Below, piece by piece: positions 37,795-49,100 of a stretch of DNA of 50,170 nucleotides; the first letter of the stretch is position 1, and the number at the start of each line of letters is the position of its first letter. Location of the stretch: the NCBI RefSeq assembly GCF_001194135.2, contig NC_068983.1, positions 120,101,404 to 120,151,573 on the forward strand, written 5' to 3'. Position numbers and translations under genes: made by a program. Below the pieces are notes generated by a model that was not told the DNA's origin, did not search any database, and saw only the letters and a program-made list of their open reading frames with translations. The DNA is from Octopus bimaculoides (Eukaryota).

Positions 37795-38165
37795 TTTTAT
37801 CTTTTATTTGTTTCAGCTATTACACTGTAGCCATGCTGGGGCACCACCTTGAAGAATTTTAGTTGAGTGAATTGACCCCAGTACTTAACTTTTTTTTTAA
37901 GCCTGGCACATATTCTATTGGTCTCTTTTGCTGAGCTGCTTGTTATGGGGATGTAAACACACCAACACTAGCTTCAAACAATGGTGGAGGACAAACACAG
38001 ATATAAAGACACACACACACACACACGACAAGCTTCTTTCGGTTATCGTCCATCAAATCCACTAACAAGGCCTTGGTTGATCTGAGGCTATAGAAGACAC
38101 TTGCCCAAGGTGCCACACAGTGGGACTAAATCATGTCATTGTGAAGCATTCTTACTGCACAGCAA
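37795..38165 (-). mobile_element. SINE family C copy (another partial copy at about 38660-38820)
   Basis: Reverse complement of the family core and tail. Confidence 0.8.
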
Positions 38166-39299
38166 GTTTATAAAGTTCTTCCTTCAAGCACAAAACCAAT
38201 GTTTTGAGCGGTTCCTTTACGCCAACTACAAGTATACTTTACATATATAAAAATGCAGTCTTCACTAAAAGAAGTTAAAAGGATAAAGAGCGATTAGAAA
38301 AAATATCTGTAAAATAAAAAAAATCATAGGCATCCTATATTTTTCTGACATCCTACTTTACATTTCCAAGTAGACACTGCAGGAAAGCCAGTGCTTTTAT
38401 TGATATTCTATTGAACAACTGGAGGCAGCATTTATTTCAACAGGGAAGATGAAACTCTCTCCCTCTCTTTTGCTCACAGAAAACAAGAGGCAGACTGATT
38501 TGAAAACAAGCAAAAGCCTATCAATTCTTGTCTAAGGAAGAGAAGCAATCTAGCAAATTAATTGCTTTAAGTAAATTATCACTGTTATCGATACATATAA
38601 AATACTTGAATATATACATACATACATACATACACACACGCATATATACATATATCTGTGTGTGAGAGAGAGAGAGAGGCTTCTTCCATCTGTTTACCAC
38701 TCACAAAGCTTTGGTTGGCGAGAGGCTGTAGAAGACTCTTGCTGAAGGAGCCACACAGTGGGACTGAAACCAGAACCATATAGTTCAGAAGCAAACTTCT
38801 CGCCACACAGCCACACCCCTACCTGTGTGTGTGTGTATAAGCATATACATACACACATATATACAGAGTCATATATACACATGCACACATTTATACACAA
38901 ACATATACACACACACACACACACACATACATACATACATACACGTGCATATATCACAAGCACTAACACACACGTTAAGATTGTACCGATTAATCAGCAG
39001 CAGATAATCAGTAATCAGACGTTTTGCTGATTAATCAATATCACTTTTTGGACAATCATCAGCCTTACTTGTCTTTTACTGAGCAAAAACCATGGATTCA
39101 GAAAACATTAGATTCAACATCTTAAGTGACAAAGGAAATATATTACTTCTTAGAACACACAATCTAAGCTGACCAGTGTCATCTAATCCTATTCGCAGAG
39201 TTTAAAATGTGATAATAAACACAATGCACAATTACTTAGGACTGTCCCAGAGCCGTAACTTCCTGTAAGTACAAAGGTAACAAAGTAGAAGAGACACAT

Positions 39300-39560
39300 T
39301 CCAACTCTCCCGAGATGATGTGTTCAATTGATCTTTGACAAAGGAATTAATTAAAAAATTGCCTGGTTGAGCTGGAATTTCAGCTGGTCTTTGAAACATT
39401 GCTGGGCAGCTCCTCTGTCTCTTTTGTTCTGATTGAGCTGAGTCACCTCCCTCCCAGAGTGAGATGGAATCACAGCACAGAGGGAGAAGTGGCAAGGTTG
39501 CATCTAGGATGCTGCAAGTAATTTTGAGAAGGCCAGAGTAACTGCAGTAAATAACAAAAA
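39300..39560 (+). mobile_element. Probable RTE LINE C-terminal remnant
   Basis: QREKWQGCI*DAASNFEKAR resembles RTE ORF ends (W...I..A...FE..R). Confidence 0.4.
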
Positions 39561-39665
39561 CCCAAAGACAAAAGTTGTTGTCATGACCTCCATCTGACCA
39601 AAACCTACATAATTTGCTTCAAACATACCAGAGCCAGTCATTCAAGGATTGATTTACATAACCAC

Positions 39666-39892
39666 TTAACCCTTTAGCATTCAGATTATCTGTCAAATGT
39701 AATGCTCATTTATTCACATTGTTTTAAATTAATCATTCATTACCTTGTAGCTTCAAGATTTCAATGATGTGATTGTTTATCTTTAGAACGACATTGTAGG
39801 GTAGGTGTGCGAGACCAGATCTGGCTAGTTTGAACATAAAACTGGTAGAATATTTTGGCCTGATATGGCTGGTTTAAATGCTAAAAGGTTAA
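39666..39892. mobile_element. TTAA MITE family 1, opposite orientation (219 bp)
   Basis: TTAA-ccctttagcatt ... aatgctaaaagg-TTAA. Confidence 0.85.
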
Positions 39893-40422
39893 GGGCTTGC
39901 CACTCTTCCTCATCATCTTCAGACAAGAACTGCTATCATCAATTTAAAATTTCAATTCCAATTACGTCTGTTTATTTAAAGGTATTCAGGAATCTTCCAG
40001 TGATAAGGATTCCTGTCATCTTAACTTCAACAGTGTTCTTACTAACAGGCTAGGAAATAAATGCACTGCCCTCAGGAGTCCAGTTTAAAGGAATCCACTA
40101 TACCAATCAGTTTTGTCACAAATTAGGATTCATGAGTACAAGACAACAAAGAGGCTAAGTTTAGATCAGTCATGGGGACACTGCAGTCCACAGGATGTCC
40201 TGAATGGTATGCCTAACAAAAAATGATCCCGATTTTTTCTTAGTAGTGTGACCTGCTTGATGATAAGTCAGATCGCATGTGGCCTGATTATCAAAAACAA
40301 AGCTGTCCATGTCTGTTTTGGATAGCTAATAACTAATATATTAATAGCCATTATAAGTGATACCTTCTATGAATGCTTGAATGCTTGGTTAATTGGAATT
40401 TTATTTTCACTTATGGCTTATA

Positions 40423-41711
40423 CAGGGCTGGCCTGAGGGTAACTGATGCCCTAGGCAAATCAAATTTTAACACCACCACCCCTCCACAGGGTGGGGGTTC
40501 GCAAGTGAAGCGAGCCCAACAAGCTGGGGATTTCCCCAAGAAAGGTTTTAGAAATATGAATAAACATAGGAACAATTTGAAGTCACTTGTAAAGAAAAAT
40601 TTTTTAATTTATTTCTTAAAAATTAATGCAAAAATATATAATAACTAATAAACATGATATACTGAAAATTTAATATTTTACTAATTGGATACAAGCAAAT
40701 ATGGTAAACAAACAGTAGTTCACCAAGCCCTTGTTTGTATTCTTTGATTTGATTTGATTAACTTTTTTTATTATTGATTATTGAAATTTTTAAATACTGT
40801 TGTTTTCTGCTTTTGGCACTTAAAAGCTAATTTTGCGAGCTTTCTGTGTTGCAAAACTTTTACAAGCTCTTGGCATGGAAGTTTTCTACAAATTTCATGT
40901 TCTATGGAAACCATAGCTAGTCTGGTGAGCCTCTCTTGGGCCATTGAAGTTCTTAGATACGTCTTTATTAATTTAAGTTTTGAAAAGCTACACTCTACAC
41001 TCGTGACACTTATTGGTAGAGTTAGCGTACAAATTTAGAAAGCTTTCTCTTTGTTGCCGCTCACAAAGTAGCTCAAGCACTTTCAGAGGACCATAGCACT
41101 TTTCAAGTCTTCTTGATATGACATTTAGTTCATTAGACAAATCTTTAGTATCAATATCCTTTGACTCTTCAACCTGTAGGGCAGACTCAAGTTTTATGTA
41201 AAATTCCATTACTTGATGAGAAGATTTTGCAAAAATTTTATATCATACAGAAAGCCGAACATGGAATTTATTTGTTTCAGTTGTTCAAAGCATTTTGAAA
41301 CTGAGTTAATTGATGTATCCAGTATTGCAAAATAAGAATTTATTTTGTAGCTTTGTTTACTATCCTGGATAGGTTCATTTTCTCCTTCATATGAGAATTG
41401 TTGTTTCTTTCTTTTAATGCACACTGGCTTTGCTTCAAATTCTGAACACATACCAAAGCCTTAAAGGGAACATTGGATATCGGAAGTCTAAGTGTAACCG
41501 AAATCTTTATCAAACTTTACCTACCAATTGCTGATGATTTGATAAGTGAATTTTTTATTATAACAAAAAAATTATCACTCTATAATCATAAATTTCTTAA
41601 ACCCTCTCTCTTTAAGTCAGCGGCTCCCAAGACATCCCTAGATTTTGTCGCCCCCTAGATATTGCCACCTTAAGCGGTCGCCTAGTTTGCCTATTGGTAG
41701 ATCCGGCCCTG
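40423..41711 (-). mobile_element. hAT transposon deletion derivative (1289 bp) with a transposase C-terminal remnant
   Basis: TIRs cagggctgg and ccggccctg. Perfect 8-bp TSD ggcttata at 40415-40422 and 41712-41719. At about 40820-41460 on the minus strand: KRKKQQFSYE..AILDTSINSV..FGFLYD and LTLPISVTSVECSFSKLKLIKTYLRTSMAQERLTRLAMVSIE (hAT dimerisation domain), frameshifted. Confidence 0.95.
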
Positions 41712-42624
41712 GGCTTATAACTTCTCAGTGTACACATGTTGGGATTATGGTCACAAAATGATCAAACAAAATAGTAACTTATATGTAGGCACAGAATGTG
41801 AAATGTGTTGTATACAGAAAGCTGAGCTGTTGACTGACACAACAAAATAGAAACGATAGTAAAATCAGCCAAATTTTGTTATCATGTACTTTCAAATAGT
41901 AGCTCTGTAAATGTGATTAATTATGAAATAACATGTTACCTACAATTAATTATAATACACATTTTTGTATCACAATGCATAATTACATTATGAATAACCA
42001 ATCGCTGATTAAACAGTATTGGGTAAATATGTAAGAGCGATTAATTGGTAATCAGCCACTTTGCTTAATAGTGCAACCCTTATATTACACACACACACAC
42101 ACACAGAGGCATCATTTATGTTATAAGAACCTCAAGAAAATGTGAAATAATTTGTTCTTATAATGGTGGAACTCAAAGCAAAGCTGCAAATAATACCATG
42201 CAAACACCGGATCAAAAAACACCTTTGGATAGGAAAAGTGGAAGACCTTCAGCTCTTTCTATCCAAAAGGGGTTTTCAGAGCCAGTGCTAACACAATACA
42301 CACACACACAATATATATACAGAAATGTAGTATAGTTAGCAACTGTTCTCTTGCAGTTAATTCTATCTGTTGACAAGGAAGAGGCAATGGAAGAATACTG
42401 CATTTTATTGTTCCCTATTTGATTCTGAAATTAACAAAATCTCTATCAGTTGAGTATTTCAGTTTAACTTTCAATGTATAGATTAAATGTGTATGTGTGT
42501 GTATTAATGTTCAGTTATAATAAAAACAATTTTACATTAACCTGATGTGCTATTCTATACTTTTGTCTGATGATGGGTTAGCTGTCAACAACATTCTTGT
42601 TTAATAATAATAATAATAATATGT

Positions 42625-42986
42625 TGTTGGCATTCTGTCGCTTAGATGTCGAGAGTTCCAGTTGATCCAATCAACGGAACAGCCTGCTCGTGAAATTAAA
42701 GTGCAAGTGGCTGAGCACTCCACAGACACGTGTACCCTTAACGTAGTTCTCAGGGATATTCAGCTGACCCTTTGAATTACAGGCACAATAGAAACAGGAA
42801 GTAAGAGTGAGAGAAAGTTGTGGTGAAAGAGTACAGCAGGGTTCGCCACCATCCCCTGCAGGAGCCTCGTGGAGGTTTTAGGTGTTTTCGTTCAATAAAC
42901 ACTCACAACGCCCGGTCTGGGAATCGAAACCGTGATCTTATGACCGCGAGTCCGCTGCCCTAAGCACTGGGCCATTGTGCCTCCAC
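42625..42986 (-). mobile_element. SINE family B with a ~20-bp internal deletion
   Basis: TSD aataatatgt at 42615-42624 and 42987-42996. Lacks gtgacacagtgtgacaaggc, which the other copies have. Confidence 0.9.
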
Positions 42987-43012
42987 AATAATATGTATAT
43001 AGTTATATGTAT

Positions 43013-43108
43013 ATATATAATTTTGTATAATCATATAGTTATATACACATGTATACATTTATATATAATTTTGTATAATCATATAGTTATATACACATGT
43101 ATACATTG
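43013..43108. repeat. 48-bp AT-rich tandem repeat, 2 copies
   Basis: ttttgtataatcatatagttatatacacatgtatacatt starts at 43021 and again at 43069. Confidence 0.85.
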
Positions 43109-43473
43109 TATAAACAGAAGGTAAAATAGTACTCAGGAGAGATTGCTAGCTAGCTAGATCATTTTCTCCTTACTGGTGGTGATGGTTGTATTCAATGTGG
43201 TGTTAATGTAGTAGTAATATAATAGTTGTGGTGGTGATAATAATGATAGTGATTGTAGTAGTAGTTGTACCTCCCTCGGGGGGGTAAAATCTGCTAGCTA
43301 TCACATAAGGTCTGTGAAGTTGATACACCTTCAAACTCACCTCAATTTATGTACCATTAACTCTGACTTCTCAAGATGTAATCGGCATAATATATTTGAG
43401 TTAAAGTACACAACATGCCCAATGTGAATTCAACAACTTTTTTTTCAGCACCCTAACTTGTTAAAGTTTAGGT

Positions 43474-43699
43474 TTAATCCTTTAGCATTTAAGCTGGCCA
43501 TATCCGGCCAAAATAATCTACCTGCTTTATGTTCAAGCTGACTTGATCTGGCCTCTCACACCTACCCAACAATGTCATTCAAAAAATAAGCAATTACATT
43601 AGCAAATTTTCAAAGCTGAGATAATGCTTGGTTAATTCAAAACAATGTGAATAAATAAGCATTACATTTGACAGAGTAATATGAATGCTAAAGAGTTAA
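43474..43699. mobile_element. TTAA MITE family 1 (218 bp), abutting a family-2 MITE through a shared TTAA
   Basis: TTAA-tcctttagcatt ... aatgctaaagag-TTAA-cccctttt. Confidence 0.8.
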
Positions 43700-43871
43700 C
43701 CCCTTTTTATATCAATCTGCCCTTGGTTCTATGATAGTAGTAACCTTCTTTTTAAAGTGATCTAAATGAAAACCTTTCAAAATTTCATGTTATGTTCCAA
43801 AAACCAGTTTATGATATTGATAGTTATTTTACTAAATTCTTCCTAATCAAATTTAATTGAAATAGTGTGTC

Positions 43872-44220
43872 TCAGGCATGGCCATGTGGTAAGAAGTATG
43901 CTTCTACCATGTGCCTTCATGGCCAAACAAAGCCTTCTAAGTGGCTTTGATAGAAGGAAACTGAAAAAAGCCCATTGTGTGTGTTTGTTTGTGTGTGTGT
44001 GTGTTTGTGTCTGCGTTTGTCCCCTACCACTACTGGGGTTGTGTGTTTATGTCCCCGTAACATAGCGGTTTGATAAAAAAAAAAGACTGATAGAATAAGT
44101 ACAAGGCTTTAAAAACCAAGTGCAGGGGTTGGTTTGTTTGACTGAAATTCTTTGAGGTGGTGCCCCCCACCGGGATGGCTGCAGAGCAGACTAATGACCG
44201 AAACAAATAAAAGAGAAAGT
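43872..44220 (+). mobile_element. SINE family C copy
   Basis: Head caggcatggccatgtggtaagaag, the core, (TG)n and tail. Confidence 0.8.
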
Positions 44221-44502
44221 CTACTTTTTTTTTAAACCTTAAACTTTTGCTTTGTGCATAGAAAAAGCAAAATCTGTCCACTTTGATCTAATGTAATAAC
44301 TGTATTAAGTGATGTTACTTTAGAGGGCTTTCTTTCTTTGTTAGGTTATTATTTCGGGGATTATTGACATAATTATTAGGGAGAGAACAGTTTGTAATCC
44401 TTAGATTTTAAACTAGGTTTACATTGCTTTGATAGTCAAAAGATATCTGCTATGGTGTGTTTACTTCATAATCTCCACTGCATTGGGGGAGAGGGAGAAA
44501 AG

Positions 44503-44533
<31 letters not shown>

Positions 44534-44746
44534 TATGTGAGTGTGTGTTGTTGATAAGCCAAGAAAATGGTGAAATATCCAATATCCATCACTTCTGAAT
44601 GGGATTGGAGGTGGGTTGACTTGGGTGTTTTAACACCCAGCATAATGAGGGAGTCATCTCCCCCAGATGCTGTTCCGCAGCAAACTAGCAAACAAACAAA
44701 ACACTTACACTGAATGTGTGGTTGATAGCATATCAGCATCATTTAC

Positions 44747-44791
<45 letters not shown>

Positions 44792-44963
44792 NNNNNNNNN
44801 NNNNNNNNNNNNNNNNNNNNNNNNNNNNNNNNNNNNNNNNNNNNNNNNNNNNNNNNNNNNNNNNNNNNNNNNNNNNNNNNNNNNNNNNNNNNNNNNNNNN
44901 NNNNNNNNNNNNNNNNNNNNNNNNNNNNNNNNNNNNNNNNNNNNNNNNNNNNNNNNNNNNNNN
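44792..44963. other. Assembly gap (172 N) inside a (TA)n array
   Basis: An N run flanked by TA repeats on both sides. Confidence 1.
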
Positions 44964-45701
44964 ATATATATATATATATAGGGAGAATTCACAAAAAAAC
45001 TAAAAGATAGGTGGTGTAGACAACAAACAGATGTATTAGTATAACGCTCGGGAAGTGAAAAAATCTAATGTTTCGAGCCTATGCTCTTCCACAGAAAGAA
45101 AAACAGAAAGAAAAAGGAGAGAAAATAAAGAATGTGTAGTGGCTAGCGATCTACCATGGCGAATGCCGGACAGAAGAGTGTATGTGTATATATATATATA
45201 CATACATACATACAAACATACATTTATCCGCAATCTACCATGGTGAATGCCAGACAGAAGGGTATATGTATGTATATATAGATATAGCAATAAGAAAATG
45301 GAGGTGAATAGGTGGTATTCATCAACTTGCAGACATTGTATTGTGTCAATTTACCTGTTTACTAAGCGGGCAATAATAATATACAAACACATGCGACGTA
45401 TTATGTCATATCAGTAATTAAAAAAGGACATCTAGTGACCGAAAATGGGACAATGACTTACAGCTGTTTCAGTCTAGGGGTGACATGCCTCATTCTATCT
45501 ATATAACTCCAGTAGGCTGAAGTAATTGTGTGTCTCAGTTGAGACACACATTAGAGTTCTACTTCCTCGTCCAGCATAGTGCTCATTCAGAGAAAATCCA
45601 TTCAATTGATTGGCATCAAGTCACTCAATAACATATTTAGACTACTGTTTCACAAACACATACTCTCCTCTCAGTCTTTTCTGGAGTCATCTAACAGAAT
45701 A

Positions 45702-45926
45702 TTAACTCTTTAGCATTTAAACCAACCATATCTAGTCCAAATATTTTACCTTCTTTATGCTTAAACTGACCAGATCCAGCAGGTCACACCTACCCTACAA
45801 TGCCATTCTAAAACTATATGATCACATCAAAATCTTGAAGCTCCAAGATAATGCAAGATTAATTCAAAACAATGTGAATAAATAAGCATTACATTTGATA
45901 GAGTAATCTGAATGCTAAAGGGTTGA
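45702..45926. mobile_element. TTAA MITE family 1 (217 bp)
   Basis: TTAA-ctctttagcatt ... aatgctaaaggg-ttga. Confidence 0.8.
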
Positions 45927-45999
45927 AGACATCAATCTCACTGGTCACAGACTTGCAAAGGCAGTGGTTACACCTCCTCCTTCAAAACTAAAAAAAAAA

Positions 46000-46111
46000 G
46001 AAGACATGACTACATCACACATATAAAACATATACATATTAAGTGGTAGAAGTTACAGGGTGACTTAAAGGTCACGAGTTTCGTGTCCTGACAGTTATCA
46101 AACTGCTGTTT

Positions 46112-46142
<31 letters not shown>

Positions 46143-49100
46143 TATACGCGCGCGCACACATACACAATTCTACCGTATGTTCATTTGTGCAGTATCAGTT
46201 TTAAACTGTTTCATATTGTCATTATGGCGCCCTTGATGCAAATAAGAGAAATTGAATACTGTTTTTAATTCATTCTATTCATTACTGTATAATAAAATTG
46301 TTATGATTAAAAACTTTTCTTTCTTTTTTGTATTAACGTGAAAATTATAAGATCTTACCGGGATTTCGTTAAGCCTGCTGTGATTAAAACCTACCTACCT
46401 ACCAACCTAAACTTACACAGCTCAGTAGTGTGAGTAATAGACCAATAGAAGCTGAAACTGATGTCCGGGTAGTGACGAGACACCGGCAAAATAAAGCAAT
46501 TTTAGACAGCCACTCATATTGCTAGACATAGCAGTCAGATATCCTTTAAATCACACACCTACTGTTTTAAAAAAAAAAAACCAGAAATACCATTAACTAA
46601 TGTAACCCTAAAAAAACAGTCTAAATAAGTGATGGTGTGGTTATGGTCGGAAAGCTTTTAATCATAGGTTTGCTTCATCAGAGTTATCTGGGATTAAACA
46701 AGCTTCTGAGTGCACAAAATTCACTGGATGTGGAAAGCTGTTTTTCATTGATATGCGTATTAGACAACTCACTGTTACGCGCTCACAACCATATCTACCA
46801 CTTTTAATACAGAATTTTGCTTTCCGGTTCGATATAGATAATATAATCCTTTAAATAGTGACAAGGCTCCGATAAATTCCACGGTGGCGCTGTGCTAAAG
46901 TTTAAACTCAGGTCATCACTATTTGGTGGGGTGGGGAATTAATAATCCGTTTTTTTTTTTCTCCTCAGACATTGTATATTTACGATGAATTATCTATTAT
47001 CTTCCTCCTTTATTTACGAGAGCTTTGACCTGTATTTCGATAAGTCCAGTAACTTACTGCTCGAGGTTCCTACATTGGTTCGTATCTGAAATATTCAGGG
47101 AAAGTAAAACACATTCGGAAAATACACATATTTATAATTTCACACTTGCAAATATTGGCTATGAATAATATTTGAAGGATTGTGCGAGTACAACACGCCC
47201 ACACCGCGATACGGTTTCAATCCCTAGTGGAAGCCATATATATTTCATTTATGCCACCAAACAGTAAATACATGAATCTTCGTCTGCTTGGGCGATAAGT
47301 ATTCCAGTTGTTCAATCAACGGGACGACCTCTAGTGTTTGTGGCTGTGTATTCCTAACATACTTGTACTCTTAACGTAAGTTTTAAGTAAGGTTTACGTG
47401 ATAGCGACAAGGTTGGCTCTTTTAGTTACAAGTATAGTCCATCTGACGGACTTCTACAGTTTGTCAATCCAGTTTCTCTCACAATGCATGGGGTCAAGCA
47501 GAGGTTCAGTATGTCACACAGTGGGATTGAACCTGGAATGTCAAGATTACGAAGCGAATTTCTTAGCCAGTCGACGACACTAAAGCCGGTAGTAAAGGCG
47601 TGAATATAGTGCACAATATGCGTTATTCCTCTCCTCCTCTAAAATACTAAAACTTTGTGCCCTGTTATAAGAAAACCGATAGTCTCAACGCTTTGAAAGA
47701 ATGCAATGACCCAGAGAGACAATGTAAAATTAGATGTAGCATAACGGAACAGCTATGTCCACTTAAAATGGCATTACTAGATAAACCAGATACAATCTAA
47801 TTAGCTCTCTCAAATAGTCTCGTGTTCTCCAGATGAATATCTCATGTTCACTAGAATTATATATCTTCAAAAAAAAAAAAAAAGTACAATGAAGCGCCTT
47901 GGTCGGGTATTAGCGCAAATATTTCTGTAATCTTACACCACAGAAGCCACTTCAAATCAACAGGTACCCTAGTCCCTGGAAAATATGCAGGGTTTTTTTT
48001 TTGCCAAACGAAACAACAAAAGATCAATAAATACAACTCTTCAAGTCGATAATGTTGTCTTGAAGTTAGATAGGGTTTTTTTTTTTTTAAATTTTTGCTG
48101 TAACGTTAGTTGGAAAATAATATTGCTGAAATATTTATGTTTATAATATAAATAAATAATTAGAACTCAACACAGAAAACAACATTTTTTCACCATAATA
48201 AAAATGCTGTGTGTACACACACATATATAAATATATAATGATGTTGAATCATGTTTCGGAGATCTGAAGCGGGTGGATTATAAAAAAAAAAAATAATAAT
48301 AAAGCGAGAATAAAATAACGGAATTAATTTACTGAGAACAAAATCCAATACTGAAATCATATTATAAAAATACTCAGAATAATAACAGTCAACAGTCGTA
48401 ATTAAAATAAATAATAATTATAAAAGCAAGTGGGATTACTGAAGAATGTTTGATTCGAAATAGTGATTAGCTAAGAAGAAATATTTAAACAAAAGAGGCA
48501 CCATACACGGGAAACAAAACAGAGACACATATTTATAGATAGAGAGATAGATGGATAAGACAATCTATTGAATGTAGTGTAAGAGTGTAGTAGTGTTTGA
48601 TACACAGCTGCAGAACACTTGTGACAACTGCACTTTTGAAGTGACATTAAAACGATAATATAAGAGCAACAAACAGTACCATCAGGTATCATCATTGTCA
48701 TCACAATCACCATCATAATCATCGTCGTGTAGTAGTAGTAGCAGCAGCAGTACTATCCCAAGTAAACTGCACTTGTTGAACGTCAAGTGCTGTCTATGAT
48801 ATGGTCATATCACATATATTCATCCCAGTGTATATGCGTGTGTCTCTTACCTTGCAATCACGGAATTAACTTGTACTTTTCTGTGTCCACACGTGACAAT
48901 AGTGATTCTTAAGACTGGCACGAGGCCACACATTTTGGAGATAGGACCAGTCGATGAAAGCTTTCTCTGTCTGGTACTTATTTAATCGACCCACGATGGC
49001 TGAAAGTCATCACCGGCGGGGTTTCAGCTTGGAATGTAAAGGGACGTAATTAAAATACTAAATGCATTCCGACCGACGCTCTACCGATTCTTCTTCCTTA

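Noticed and set aside
42910-42986. tRNA-like sequences with A and B boxes (also near 18590-18660, 32650-32725 and 32947-33020)
   Set aside because: They are SINE heads continuous with SINE bodies, tails and TSDs, not tRNA genes.
43335-43440. Strong minus-strand donor GAG|GTGAGT
   Set aside because: There is no convincing upstream polypyrimidine acceptor, and such hexamers are expected by chance.
26159-45003. Many ORFs rich in IYIY, VCVC, HTHT or SLSL
   Set aside because: They are translations of (TA)n, (TG)n, (CA)n and (AG)n microsatellites, or run across the N gap.
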